Positions 34,299-44,640 of a stretch of 64,000 bases of DNA are shown here, one piece after another; the first letter of the stretch is position 1, and each line of letters begins with the position of its first letter. The notes under the pieces were generated by a model, which worked only from the letters and a program-made list of their open reading frames with translations, was not told the origin of the DNA and did not search any database. Position numbers and translations under genes: made by a program. Source of the stretch: Candidatus Omnitrophota bacterium (GTDB lineage: Bacteria > Omnitrophota > Gorgyraeia > Zapsychrales > Zapsychraceae); the NCBI GenBank assembly GCA_003528115.1, contig DOGZ01000014.1, forward strand, positions 282,689 through 346,688, written 5' to 3'.

Positions 34299-35154
34299 AT
34301 ATTTTTTGTATAAATTTGGTCAGTTTCTCACGAACCATCTCTCCTTAAAGACGTCTTACAAATTAGCCAATTTCCTTTCAGTCTTGCATTACTATTGGTC
34401 GCCGAACGACCGAAAGGCTGTAAGAAATAATTTGAAAATAATTAAAAAGTCAGAAGAAGATTTATCAGCCTTGACGAAGGATGTCTTCAAAAATTTCGGC
34501 CGATATCTCATTGAGTTTTTCAGAATGGGGAAAATGATCGACCAGCAGTACATTAAAAACAACATCAAAATTGAACATTTGGAACGCATTGATAAGGCCT
34601 TGAAAGCGAAGAAGGGGGTTATTCTGTTAACGGCCCACATAGGAAATTGGGAATTGGGGGCCGTTTTATTAAGTGTTCTGGGTTATCAGATGACTGCCGT
34701 TGCGTTACCGCATAAAGAAAGGCCGGTTAATGATTTATTTAATCATCAAAGGGAATCACAGGGGATAACGATTATTCCTACCCAAACGGCGGTGCGTAGG
34801 TGCTTGGAGTGTTTAGCCGAGAATAAAATTGTCGCACTCGTGGGAGATCGTGATTTTAGTAATAATGGTGAAGTGATAGATTTTTTAGGTTGTAAGGCCG
34901 TTCTTCCAAAAGGAGCAGCCATTCTTTCTGAGAAGACAGGAGCCCCGATCGTCCCGGTATTTCTTATTCGTGATCAAGAAGGAGTCTTTACCTTGACAGT
35001 CAGTCAGCCGATATATCCTCCTATCGTGTCAAAAGGGGTTGTCGCGCAAGAGACTTTATTTTTTATTATGCGGCAATATCTTTCTGTGATCGAAACGAAA
35101 ATTCGGGAATACCCTACTCAATGGCTCATGTTCAGGGAGTTTTGTGTGAAATGA
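34291..35154 (+). CDS. LpxL/PatA-family lipid acyltransferase
   Basis: AHIGNWE, VGDRD, GAPIVPVF, YPTQW. Confidence 0.85.
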   Translation: MFKYFLYKFGQFLTNHLSLKTSYKLANFLSVLHYYWSPNDRKAVRNNLKIIKKSEEDLSALTKDVFKNFGRYLIEFFRMGKMIDQQYIKNNIKIEHLERIDKALKAKKGVILLTAHIGNWELGAVLLSVLGYQMTAVALPHKERPVNDLFNHQRESQGITIIPTQTAVRRCLECLAENKIVALVGDRDFSNNGEVIDFLGCKAVLPKGAAILSEKTGAPIVPVFLIRDQEGVFTLTVSQPIYPPIVSKGVVAQETLFFIMRQYLSVIETKIREYPTQWLMFREFCVK

Positions 35155-35813
35155 AAATTTGTGTTCTCATTCCTGTTCACAACGAGTCTTACGCGATCAG
35201 CGCTATTGTTCACGCGCTGCGCGCGAAATCTTTCGATGTTGTGGTGGTGGATGACGGTTCTACCGATAACTCCGGACGGATAGCCGAACAGCAGGGGGCT
35301 TGGGTGATCCGGCATGAACAAAAAAGAGGTAAGGGGAGTTCTTTACAAAGCGGATTCGATTATATCTTAAAACAGGGTTATGAAGGAATCATGGTTATGG
35401 ATGGAGACGGCCAGCATGCCGTTGAGGATATAGATCAATTTATCGCATTGGCCAAGAAAGATAAGTCGAGCATTATTGTTGGAAATCGCATGAAGAATCC
35501 GCAAGGAATGCCTTTAGTTCGGTTTCTGACGAACCGTTTTATGTCCTGTCTTATTTCATTGGCATGTAAACAATTCATCCCGGACACACAATGTGGTTTT
35601 CGGTTTATTAGCGGGGATATCCTCAAAGGCTTGCGTTTAACGTCCAGTGATTTTGAGATCGAGACGGAGATTCTCATCAAGGCCTCCAAAAAAGGTTGCA
35701 GGATTCATTCCGTCCCTGTAAAAACGATTTATCGCGATGAAGAAAGTAAGATCCGTCCCATTAAAGATACGATGCGCTTCATTATTTATTTTACTAAAGA
35801 AATATTTTCTTAA
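35151..35813 (+). CDS. Glycosyltransferase family 2 (polyprenol-phosphate hexosyltransferase-like)
   Basis: IPVHNE, VDDGSTD, DGDGQH, DTQCGFR; ATG 35151 overlaps the upstream stop. Confidence 0.9.
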   Translation: MKICVLIPVHNESYAISAIVHALRAKSFDVVVVDDGSTDNSGRIAEQQGAWVIRHEQKRGKGSSLQSGFDYILKQGYEGIMVMDGDGQHAVEDIDQFIALAKKDKSSIIVGNRMKNPQGMPLVRFLTNRFMSCLISLACKQFIPDTQCGFRFISGDILKGLRLTSSDFEIETEILIKASKKGCRIHSVPVKTIYRDEESKIRPIKDTMRFIIYFTKEIFS

Positions 35814-35837
35814 GCCTCCCCCGGGGACGACCAAGGT

Positions 35838-36530
35838 ATGGGAAATTCTTTATTTTATAAAGCCCTTTTTTTTTCTTTCTTTATTCATTTGGTGGGGATT
35901 GTTTTTTTCTCTCTATCCCCAGCCAGGCCTTTTCAGAAATCCCTTAAACGGATTGAGGTTACCTATCAAGCTATAAAAACGAAACAAGAAAACAAGAACA
36001 CTTCCCATGCCAAGAATTTGAGAATTATTAAAGAAGAGAAGTTTTCAAGGCGGGTTAAACTTCCTTTACAAAAGCCGAATCTTTTTTCGTCTTTAGGTAA
36101 TAAAATCAGGGATGTTTCGAAAGCCACGGATAACGTGAGTTTTAGTCAGAAACAGGTCCCTAAAATTAAGATTCTGGAGTCGGAACGTAAAATCAGCATT
36201 CCCATCTTTAAGATGGAGAAAATTACGAATCCAAATTACGTGGCTTTTACGGGAATCATGAAACGGAAAATTTTACAATGTGCTTATAAAAAGAAACTCT
36301 ACCGTCCAGAATTCGGAGAGGGGAGCGTGTATTTATCTTTTGTTTTGCTATCAGATGGAAGGCTGAAGCAAATCAAGATTATTGATGAAAAAACAGCCGC
36401 TAATAATGATTTGCGTCATATTGGTTTAAATATGGTAGAAGAGTCTGTTCCGTTTGCCCCTTTTCCTCAAGAATATCAAATTTACCCGGAGCTGACTTTT
36501 AATGTTCTTATTTCATTTGAAGATCAATAA
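35838..36530 (+). CDS. Bitopic membrane protein with TonB/TolA-like C-terminal domain
   Basis: N-terminal TM with S..IH motif, Lys-rich linker, GSVYLSFVL..DG and PFAPFP. Confidence 0.6.
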   Translation: MGNSLFYKALFFSFFIHLVGIVFFSLSPARPFQKSLKRIEVTYQAIKTKQENKNTSHAKNLRIIKEEKFSRRVKLPLQKPNLFSSLGNKIRDVSKATDNVSFSQKQVPKIKILESERKISIPIFKMEKITNPNYVAFTGIMKRKILQCAYKKKLYRPEFGEGSVYLSFVLLSDGRLKQIKIIDEKTAANNDLRHIGLNMVEESVPFAPFPQEYQIYPELTFNVLISFEDQ

Positions 36531-36575
36531 TACCAAGGATCTTTTATCTCGTAGTAACAAAGAAAGGAGGGAACA

Positions 36576-37055
36576 ATGGGTGCAAATCGTGATGAAATGA
36601 TGTCTCTGAGAAAAACTTTTAATAGTATTTCATTAAAAGAGGTCATGAAAAAGCATGTGGTGACGGTTTATGTCGATGATCCTTTTAGTTCTGTCGAACA
36701 AAAAATGCGCATTCATGAGGTTCGTCATCTTCCTGTTGTAGATTTAGACATGAGGCTTGTCGGGATTATTACGCAGCGTGATCTTTACCGTATCCGCTCT
36801 CCCAGAATTCATCCAGATGGGACAATATTTTATGAGAAGGATATCCTCGATGAATACCTTATTTCCCATACAATGACGAAGAATCCTATTGCTATGGATC
36901 TTTCGGCCTCCTTGGCTGATGCCATTGATAAGATGGGGGAGAAAAAATGCGGTTGTATACCTGTTGTGGATGAGAGACGCGTTGTTTGTGGTATCGTGAC
37001 TCAAACGGACGTCATGAAGTATATAGCCGAAATGATTAAGAATACGTTGGCTTAG
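36576..37055 (+). CDS. CBS-pair protein (AcuB-like)
   Basis: VRHLPVVD..LVGIITQRDL and CIPVVD..GIVTQTD; SD AAGGAGG. Confidence 0.9.
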   Translation: MGANRDEMMSLRKTFNSISLKEVMKKHVVTVYVDDPFSSVEQKMRIHEVRHLPVVDLDMRLVGIITQRDLYRIRSPRIHPDGTIFYEKDILDEYLISHTMTKNPIAMDLSASLADAIDKMGEKKCGCIPVVDERRVVCGIVTQTDVMKYIAEMIKNTLA

Positions 37056-37123
37056 TCTTTCTTGAAAGGCATTGATAATCCCTAGGTGCGCCCTCATGCG
37101 AATGCCTGCAGTGGGGGAGCTTA

Positions 37124-37152
37124 TTGACAATAATCTTTTATAATGATATTTT
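37124..37152 (+). promoter_or_regulatory. Putative sigma70 promoter
   Basis: TTGACA, 17 nt, TATTTT with upstream TG; lies before the DUF1844 gene. Confidence 0.45.
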
Positions 37153-37200
37153 ATTTTGCTGTTTGTTTGTTTTTTTAAAAGAATGGAAAGGTTCAGAGTC

Positions 37201-37623
37201 ATGGATAAAGAAAAATACGTGGATGAATCGTGGAAAGAATCCGTGGCTCAAGATAAGGAGCGATTAAACTCTACATTGAAACAAGAAAAGGATTCCCATC
37301 AGTCCCAGACGCAGCACATTCAAGAAAACTCAGAAGAGAAGCCCAGAGCTTCTCCGGAGACGAGAGGTGAAGTGAATTTCCTCGAATACGCCTCAAATCT
37401 GGCTTTTCAGACTATGGTGTTTTTAGGACAGGTTGTTAATCCAGTAACGAATCAGCCTGAAGTAAATCTTGAGCAGGCTAAATATCTTATTGATACTCTT
37501 GTGATGTTGCGGGATAAGACTAAAGGGAATCTGACGAAGCCAGAGGCGCAATTTTTGGAAAATTCGATCTATGAGTTGCAAATGAATTATGTCGAACACG
37601 CAGAAAAGGAAGAAAGCCCATGA
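37201..37623 (+). CDS. DUF1844 family protein
   Basis: VDESWK N-terminus; LGQ..NP, AKYLIDTL..L..KTKGNLT..E...L.MNYV. Confidence 0.8.
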   Translation: MDKEKYVDESWKESVAQDKERLNSTLKQEKDSHQSQTQHIQENSEEKPRASPETRGEVNFLEYASNLAFQTMVFLGQVVNPVTNQPEVNLEQAKYLIDTLVMLRDKTKGNLTKPEAQFLENSIYELQMNYVEHAEKEESP

Positions 37624-37775
37624 TTGATCAAGAGCTTTTGAATATATTAGCGTGTCCGGCATGCCGTGGCGATGTCGAATTAAGAGACGGGAAAATATTT
37701 TGCAGGGAATGCGGGCGTAAATATCCTATTAAAGATGGGATTCCTGTCATGCTCGTAGATGAGGCTGAGAGGTAG
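37620..37775 (+). CDS. Trm112 family (YcaR-like) protein (not in ORF track)
   Basis: Hand translation [51 protein letters not shown]. Confidence 0.92.
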   Translation: MIDQELLNILACPACRGDVELRDGKIFCRECGRKYPIKDGIPVMLVDEAER

Positions 37776-37815
37776 TCTCGCGCATGATAGTAAGCACGAA
37801 AATAAGGCGGGGAAA

Positions 37816-38262
37816 GTGAAGAAAATATTGGTGATCCATGGACCTAATCTAAACCTGTTGGGGCAGCGGGAGGCGGATATTTATGGGCGAACAACCCTTG
37901 ATGAAATAAACGCTTTATTAAAGAAAACAGCAGGGGAACAGGGGGTTGTTCTGACGATTTTTCAATCAAACCATGAAGGCGAGATCGTGGATGCCATTGG
38001 TAAGGCCAAGGAAGAAAAATTTAGTGCTATCCTTATTAATCCAGCAGCCTATACCCATACGAGTGTGGCTATCCGAGATGCTATTGCCGCGGTCGATGTC
38101 CCTACCCTCGAGGTTCACTTGTCAAACATCTATGCCAGGGAAGAATTCCGCCATACCTCTCTTATTGCTCCCGTCTGCCACGGGCAGATCAGCGGATTTG
38201 GGGTGAATAGTTATGTCCTGGGTTTGCAAGCAGCCGTTAACATAATCAAGAAGCCAAGTTGA
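37816..38262 (+). CDS. aroQ: Type II 3-dehydroquinate dehydratase
   Basis: [33 protein letters not shown]; GTG start. Confidence 0.97.
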   Translation: MKKILVIHGPNLNLLGQREADIYGRTTLDEINALLKKTAGEQGVVLTIFQSNHEGEIVDAIGKAKEEKFSAILINPAAYTHTSVAIRDAIAAVDVPTLEVHLSNIYAREEFRHTSLIAPVCHGQISGFGVNSYVLGLQAAVNIIKKPS

Positions 38263-38282
38263 GGATCATTCACCCTAAATTG

Positions 38283-39338
38283 ATGAGTAATCCCAGAATT
38301 AACAAAATTCTTAACGTCTTTGAGCAGAAGAAAATAGATGCCTTACTTGTGACAAAAGACGTTAACATTCAATATCTTACCTATACACCCTCTTCGGAAT
38401 CCTGGTTATTGATATGCCCCAAGAAGGTTTTCTATATAACGGATTTTCGTTATGTCCTTGAGGCGGAGAAAAGTCTTAAAGGTATTAGCGTTAAGCGTTA
38501 CGAAAATTCGATCCATGAAACGCTATTTCAGATTGCCAAGTCTATGCATGTCAGAAGGATAGGATTTGATGAACGACATATGACCTTGGCTACGTTTAAA
38601 GTTCTGAAAAAGGAGTGTCCTAAGGAAATTCGTTTGGTGGAGGGTAATAATATTGTGGAGGATCTCCGCGAGGTTAAAGAACGGGTGGAGATTGAGAGTA
38701 TTATTAAGGCGCTTAAAATTCATAAGCAAGCCCATGAATTCTTAAAAAAAGCCGTTAAACCAGGTATTTCCGAAAAAGCCCTTTTCTTTAAGCTGGAAGA
38801 ATTCGTTCGATCAAAAGGGGTTACATTCTCTTTTGCCCCCATTATAGCCTCCGGCCCTAATTCCTGCCATCCCCATGCCAAGGTTACGGAAAGAAAAATT
38901 CGCCGGGATGATTCTGTTTTGATCGACATGGGAATTGATTTAAAAGGCTATAAGTCCGACTTGACACGTATGTTCTTTTTAGGTAAAATATCCCCGCTCG
39001 TTCAGGAAGTTTATCATTTTGTCAAGGCAGCACAGTTGGAGGCCATAGGTAAAATCAAATCTGGTATCCCCGTAGGAGAGATTGATCAAACGGCCCGTAA
39101 CTATTTAGAAAAACAAAAGTTAGAAAAATATTTTGGTCATGCACTTGGCCATGGAGTCGGGTTGGAAATCCATGAGAGCCCGCGTTTGTCGCAGAAAAGT
39201 ACTGCCGTTTTGAAAGAAGGAATGATTATCACAGTTGAACCGGCCGTATACATTCCTGATAAATTCGGTATTCGTATAGAAGACATGGTTTTGGTAACTA
39301 AAGAAGGGTGTGAGGTGTTGAGTGACAATATCCATTAA
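38283..39338 (+). CDS. Xaa-Pro aminopeptidase (M24B, PepP/YqhT-like)
   Basis: TDFRY, YKSDLTR, HALGHGVGLEIHE, TVEP, GIRIED. Confidence 0.92.
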   Translation: MSNPRINKILNVFEQKKIDALLVTKDVNIQYLTYTPSSESWLLICPKKVFYITDFRYVLEAEKSLKGISVKRYENSIHETLFQIAKSMHVRRIGFDERHMTLATFKVLKKECPKEIRLVEGNNIVEDLREVKERVEIESIIKALKIHKQAHEFLKKAVKPGISEKALFFKLEEFVRSKGVTFSFAPIIASGPNSCHPHAKVTERKIRRDDSVLIDMGIDLKGYKSDLTRMFFLGKISPLVQEVYHFVKAAQLEAIGKIKSGIPVGEIDQTARNYLEKQKLEKYFGHALGHGVGLEIHESPRLSQKSTAVLKEGMIITVEPAVYIPDKFGIRIEDMVLVTKEGCEVLSDNIH

Positions 39339-39888
39339 TGAAATAGAATCAGGTATCGGGCTATTGATCAATGATGCTATTTATGTCGTCTTGGAATATA
39401 ATCATGTCAAACCAGGCAAGGGGAGCGCGTTTGTCAGGGTCAAGTTAAAAAACATTAAAACCCAACAGGTTTTGGAAAGAACCTTTCGGTCAGCGGACAA
39501 ATTGGATGACGTACCTTTAGAAGAAAAAAAAATGCAGAATCTTTATAGAAGCGGTGATTCCTATCATTTTATGGATTGTGCGACCTATGAGCAGATGGTA
39601 ATCCCTGAGGGGGTCCTAGGGGATGCTGTTAAGTTTTTGCAGGATAATCTCGAAATTGTCGCTGTTTGTCATCATAATCAAGTTCTTAAGGTCAATTTAC
39701 CAACGTTCATCATAGCCCAGATTACTCAGACTGAACCTGGTTTTAAAGGAGATTCATCCAGATCCGGGACAAAACCCGCCGTGATTGATACGGGAGCATC
39801 GATACAGGTGCCTTTGTTTATTAACATGGGAGATTGGATAAAAATCGATACAAGATCTGGAGGATATGTCGAAAGGGTGCAAAAATGA
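39322..39888 (+). CDS. efp: Elongation factor P
   Basis: HVKPGKGSAFVR, VPLFI..GD.IKIDTR; GTG start. Confidence 0.97.
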   Translation: MTISINEIESGIGLLINDAIYVVLEYNHVKPGKGSAFVRVKLKNIKTQQVLERTFRSADKLDDVPLEEKKMQNLYRSGDSYHFMDCATYEQMVIPEGVLGDAVKFLQDNLEIVAVCHHNQVLKVNLPTFIIAQITQTEPGFKGDSSRSGTKPAVIDTGASIQVPLFINMGDWIKIDTRSGGYVERVQK

Positions 39889-40337
39889 ATTTAAAAGAAA
39901 TTCGTGAAATGATCAATCTCATGAATGAAAATGATCTTGCCGAGATTGAGATTGAACGTGAAGGGACGAAAATTAAGCTCAAGAAAGCATCCAGTGAGGT
40001 GGTTGAGCCGTCTTACAGAAGGCCTGCTGAGTATTATGGGGAGCCTTACGGTGGGAAGGCCGAAGCAAAAACACCGGAAACATCGCAAGCCACTAATAAA
40101 AAAGAAATTAAATCACCGATGGTTGGGACATTTTACAGGAGCCCGTCCCCAGAGGCACCGGTATTTGTTGAAATTGGTCAGATGGTAGAAGTCGGTCAGG
40201 TGGTTTGTATCGTTGAGGCTATGAAATTGATGAATGAAATCAAATCCGAAGTGAAGGGGAAAGTGGTAGAGGCCCTGGTGGATAACGCGCAACCGGTTGA
40301 GTTCGGCCAAACACTTTTTCTTGTCGAGCCTGTTTAG
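39885..40337 (+). CDS. accB: Acetyl-CoA carboxylase biotin carboxyl carrier protein
   Basis: SPMVGTFY, EAMKLMNEI; start moved to ATG 39885. Confidence 0.97.
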   Translation: MNLKEIREMINLMNENDLAEIEIEREGTKIKLKKASSEVVEPSYRRPAEYYGEPYGGKAEAKTPETSQATNKKEIKSPMVGTFYRSPSPEAPVFVEIGQMVEVGQVVCIVEAMKLMNEIKSEVKGKVVEALVDNAQPVEFGQTLFLVEPV

Positions 40338-40629
40338 GGATTGAATAGGGTGTATTAGGCGAAAATTTTTGTTGAGTTGTGTTCTGGTATGTTCTTAAGA
40401 GTTTCCATAATATTCAGTTCAAGATTTTGCTAACTTTACATGTTTCAAATCTCTAAAATTTTATCTTCTTCAATAGAAACTCTTCTCTCTGGAAGGATGG
40501 TTCCACATCCAAAAGTAATTTTTTTTTCAGATATTCTATTTTGTATTTTTCTATCGGCAGGGAAGAAATGTTTTTGATTTCTCTACAGGTTTAAAATATA
40601 GAAGTTCGATTTTAGATTCTTATTATTTT

Positions 40630-41991
40630 ATGTTCTCAAAAATTCTAATCGCTAACCGCGGTGAAATCGCTTTAAGAGTTATACGCGCTTGCCGCGAACT
40701 TAACATTCGAACCGTTGCCGTTTATTCAGAAGCTGACCGTGACTCTTTGCATGTCCGCTTTGCGGATGAGTCTGTTTGTATCGGTCCTCCCCCAAGCCTT
40801 GAGAGTTATCTGAATATTCCCGCCATTATCTCTGCGGCTGAAATCACAGACGTTGAAGCTATTCATCCAGGTTATGGCTTTCTATCCGAAAATGCGCACT
40901 TCGCTGAAGTTTGCGAATCCTGCAATATTACTTTTATTGGTCCCAGTCCAAAAACCATCAGGGCCATGGGGGATAAAGTCATGGCTAAAGAAACGATGCA
41001 TAAGATTGGTTTGCCGTTGACCCCGGGGGCGAAAGGGGTGGTCAAGACCAAGGAAGAGGCGCTCAGTATCGCCAAGAAAATAAAGTATCCTGTTATTATC
41101 AAAGCGGCGGCGGGCGGCGGCGGTAAGGGCATGCGTGTTTGCCATAATGACGTGACTTTAGTGAGCGCCTTTGGGATGGCTCAAAATGAGGCTGGTGTTA
41201 ACTTTGGCAATCCGGATGTTTATATAGAAAAATATATCGAGGACCCGCGGCACATTGAATTTCAAATTATGGCTGACCATTATGGCAACGTGATTCATCT
41301 GGGGGAAAGAGATTGCAGTATTCAAAGGCGGCATCAAAAATTATTGGAAGAATCCCCATCCCCCGCTTTAAATAGTCAGTTAAGAAAGAGAATCGGTGAC
41401 GCGGCAGTGAAGGCTGCCCGGGCCGTAAATTACAGAAGTGTTGGGACCATTGAGTTCCTCTTGGATAAGAACGGGGCATTTTACTTCATGGAGATGAATA
41501 CGCGCATTCAGGTTGAACATCCTGTGACCGAGATGGTCACTGGGATAGACCTTGTTAAAGAGCAGATCAAAATAGCGTCAGGAGAAAAGTTGAAGATCAA
41601 ACAGGATGATGTCAAATTTCATGGAGCGGCCATTGAGTGCCGGATCAACGCGGAGGATCCCGAAAATAATTTTGTCCCCTGTCCTGGGAAAATTGAACAA
41701 TTGAATATTCCTGGAGGCAACGGGGTCAGAGTGGATACCCATATTTATCCGGGTTATCAGATAAGCCCTTATTATGATTCGATGGTGGCCAAACTCATTA
41801 CTTTTGGTAAGAATCGTTCTGAGGCCATCAGTATTATGAGACGGGCCTTGGAGGAGTTTTATATAAGCCCGATTAAAACCACCACGGGATTGCATTTAGA
41901 GATTTTACAGCATCAAATATTCTTGGAAGGGAAAGCGACGACCCATTTCCTCGAGAAAATTAAGAAAAATGAGATGGAGGCGCATAAGTGA
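40630..41991 (+). CDS. accC: Biotin carboxylase
   Basis: [35 protein letters not shown]. Confidence 0.97.
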   Translation: MFSKILIANRGEIALRVIRACRELNIRTVAVYSEADRDSLHVRFADESVCIGPPPSLESYLNIPAIISAAEITDVEAIHPGYGFLSENAHFAEVCESCNITFIGPSPKTIRAMGDKVMAKETMHKIGLPLTPGAKGVVKTKEEALSIAKKIKYPVIIKAAAGGGGKGMRVCHNDVTLVSAFGMAQNEAGVNFGNPDVYIEKYIEDPRHIEFQIMADHYGNVIHLGERDCSIQRRHQKLLEESPSPALNSQLRKRIGDAAVKAARAVNYRSVGTIEFLLDKNGAFYFMEMNTRIQVEHPVTEMVTGIDLVKEQIKIASGEKLKIKQDDVKFHGAAIECRINAEDPENNFVPCPGKIEQLNIPGGNGVRVDTHIYPGYQISPYYDSMVAKLITFGKNRSEAISIMRRALEEFYISPIKTTTGLHLEILQHQIFLEGKATTHFLEKIKKNEMEAHK

Positions 41992-42344
41992 AAAATGATG
42001 ATAGCCTTGATTTTGGAAGTGTCCAGGTCCACAAGAAAGTTTTAGCCGATATCGTATCATCCGCCATCAATGATATCGAAGGGGTTAGTTTGATTACCAA
42101 AACCCTTTCTGATTATTTTGGGGAACTGTTGGGCCGGCAAAATATCCCTGGCGTTGAAGTCGTTATTGACGAAAACCATGAGGTAACGATAGATGTCAAA
42201 GTAATCGTGCGCTATGGTTTGAATATTCCGGATATGGCCAGGCAAATTCAGGAGACCATTAAAGCCGTTATAGCCAAGACGGTCGATATTCATTTGAAGA
42301 GTGTTAATATCAATATTCAGGGTATTGAGAGGGGGCAGAAATGA
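41988..42344 (+). CDS. Asp23/Gls24 family protein (YqhY-like)
   Basis: G.V.V...V...[22 protein letters not shown]; follows accC. Confidence 0.85.
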   Translation: MKNDDSLDFGSVQVHKKVLADIVSSAINDIEGVSLITKTLSDYFGELLGRQNIPGVEVVIDENHEVTIDVKVIVRYGLNIPDMARQIQETIKAVIAKTVDIHLKSVNINIQGIERGQK

Positions 42345-42955
42345 AGTTTTTTATGCGCGTTTTCCTATTATGTTGTGTGCTCTTGGTGTTGTTTCTGAGT
42401 TTCCTTTTTTTATTTCTTGCCATAGATTGGCTGAGGTTAGAAACGGTGGCGCATATCTTGCATGACATGCCGTACAATCTGACGACAAAAATAGTTCTCA
42501 GTGTGCTCGCCGTTGTCTTGATATTCGAGAATTATTTGTTATATCAAATTGTTTCTGAAGAAGGAAAGAGAGGAAAGACCATTGCCTTTGATAATCCTTC
42601 CGGGCGTGTCAGCGTCTCTTTGGTGGCCCTGGAAAATCTTATCAGGCAAAAAGTCTCGAAGTTGAATGAAGTTAAAGAAGTGAAGGTGAATATTGCCGCG
42701 ACCAAGAAAGAGTTGAAGGCGGTTGTTAAATTGATATTAACAGTCGAGGTAAATATCCCTGAGGTAACTTCACGCGTCCAGGATATTGTTAAGCAAAAAA
42801 TCCAGGACACCATCGGTATTGAGCAGTCAATTAATGTGGCCGTTTATGTCGGGAAAATCCTTCCTGAACAGATAAATTCTAGACGTTGTAAAGAAAAAGA
42901 AGGGGGGGAGGAAAAAACGGACTCTCACTTGCCTTTTCAGGGATATCGGGCTTAG
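42341..42955 (+). CDS. AmaP-like membrane anchor protein
   Basis: Two N-terminal TM segments, G.VSVS..ALE, NIPEV...VQ..VK...IGIE; adjacent to Asp23. Confidence 0.65.
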   Translation: MKFFMRVFLLCCVLLVLFLSFLFLFLAIDWLRLETVAHILHDMPYNLTTKIVLSVLAVVLIFENYLLYQIVSEEGKRGKTIAFDNPSGRVSVSLVALENLIRQKVSKLNEVKEVKVNIAATKKELKAVVKLILTVEVNIPEVTSRVQDIVKQKIQDTIGIEQSINVAVYVGKILPEQINSRRCKEKEGGEEKTDSHLPFQGYRA

Positions 42956-42987
42956 AAGCGTCTTTTTTCTAATTCAAAGGATGGGAT

Positions 42988-44013
42988 ATGAGAAAGATAG
43001 GGATTTTAACAGGCGGGGTTGATTGTCCGGGATTGAATTCTGTCATTCGGGCCGTTGTCCGAAAGGCTATGGACGAAGGGTATGTCGTCACAGGGATCAA
43101 GAATGGATGGAACGGACTGATTGAAAATGATATGCGCGTTCTGGATCTGAGGGTGACATCCGGAATTCTCGACCGTGGCGGTACCATTCTGGGAACCAGC
43201 CGCATTATACCGCCTTTAGAACCAGAAAAAATAGCTTTGATCAAAGAAAACTTTAAGCGTAATGGCATAGATGCTCTCATCGCTGTCGGTGGTGAGGACA
43301 CGTTAAAGATTGCCTTAAGCTTATATAAAGAGGAAGGGCTCCCTGTCGTGGGGGTCCCTAAATCCATTGATAATGCTCTTTCGGGTACGGATTACGCCTT
43401 TGGATTCGATACGGCCGTCAATATAGCCACCGAATGCATAGACCGTCTTCACACCACAGCGGAGAGTCATCACCGGATTATGGTCATCGAGGTCATGGGA
43501 TTGCATACAGGGTGGATTGCTGTTGAGGCGGGGATTGCCGGTGGGGCGCATTATACACTGATCCCGGAGCATCTTGTCCAGATTGAGAGCGTTTGTGACT
43601 CAATCCGAAACCGGCATAGGCACGGAAAAACTTTTAGTATCATTGTTGTTTCAGAGGGGACCCAAATTGAAGGTTATGAAAGAAGAGTCGGGGATCATAG
43701 TCTTTCTGAAAGTCCACGGGTGGGGAATGTGGGAGAGTTGATTGCCAACTTAATAGAAGAAAAAACCGGTTATGAAACACGCGTCAGTGTTCTCGGGCAT
43801 ATACAGAGGGGAGGAACACCGACGGCCTATGACCGTATTATTGGAACACGGTTTGGATTTAAAGCCGTGGAGCTGATTGTTGAGAATAAGTTTGGGAAAA
43901 TGGTGAGTCTTCATGACAATAAGATCAAATACGTGGATATTGAAGACGCTGTCAGAAAACGAAAGACAGTGGATAGAGAACTTTATGAAACAGCCAAGGT
44001 GTTTTTCGGGTAA
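42988..44013 (+). CDS. PfkA-family (group III/PPi-type signature) protein with altered active site
   Basis: GGTILGTSR, GGEDT, HTTAESH, GHIQRGG present; GGVD, SIDNA and MGL replace consensus motifs. Confidence 0.85.
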   Translation: MRKIGILTGGVDCPGLNSVIRAVVRKAMDEGYVVTGIKNGWNGLIENDMRVLDLRVTSGILDRGGTILGTSRIIPPLEPEKIALIKENFKRNGIDALIAVGGEDTLKIALSLYKEEGLPVVGVPKSIDNALSGTDYAFGFDTAVNIATECIDRLHTTAESHHRIMVIEVMGLHTGWIAVEAGIAGGAHYTLIPEHLVQIESVCDSIRNRHRHGKTFSIIVVSEGTQIEGYERRVGDHSLSESPRVGNVGELIANLIEEKTGYETRVSVLGHIQRGGTPTAYDRIIGTRFGFKAVELIVENKFGKMVSLHDNKIKYVDIEDAVRKRKTVDRELYETAKVFFG

Positions 44014-44024
44014 GGGGGAGTGAG

Positions 44025-44600
44025 ATGAAACAAGCCGTTGAAAGAATTTTTCAGGAATCTATTCACGTCAAACAGGAATCCCTTACCGCGAATCTTGAGA
44101 AAATTGTGTTAGTCTCTCAGGAAATTATTAAGATTTTTGAAGCCAAGGGCAAGATTCTTTTTTTCGGCAATGGCGGTTCAGCGGCGGACAGCCAACATAT
44201 CGCTGCCGAATTGATTGGGCGGTTTCAAAAGGAAAGGCGGGCCCTGGCGGCTGTTGCCTTGACAACGGACACTTCTATTTTAACTTCTTTAGGCAATGAT
44301 TATACCTTTGACATTATTTTCTCTCGTCAAATAGAAGGTTTGGGACAGCGGGGAGATATGGCCTTTGGTATTTCAACGAGCGGAAATTCAAAAAACGTGA
44401 TTGAAGGCATTAAACAAGCTAAACGCATGGGGCTAAAAACCGTATCTCTGACAGGACGTGATGGCGGTCAATTGGCTAAATTATCAGATATTAGTCTGAT
44501 TGTCCCATCGCGTTCCACCGCCAGAATTCAAGAGGCCCATTTGTGTATCGAACATATCTTGTGTGAATTGGTTGAAAACCATTTTATTGAAAAGAAATAG
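44025..44600 (+). CDS. gmhA: Sedoheptulose-7-phosphate isomerase
   Basis: GNGGSAADSQH, ND, STSGNS, RIQEAH. Confidence 0.95.
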   Translation: MKQAVERIFQESIHVKQESLTANLEKIVLVSQEIIKIFEAKGKILFFGNGGSAADSQHIAAELIGRFQKERRALAAVALTTDTSILTSLGNDYTFDIIFSRQIEGLGQRGDMAFGISTSGNSKNVIEGIKQAKRMGLKTVSLTGRDGGQLAKLSDISLIVPSRSTARIQEAHLCIEHILCELVENHFIEKK

Positions 44601-44640
44601 TCATCACAGCAGGACACCCTTGGGGCAAGAATGAGAATAG

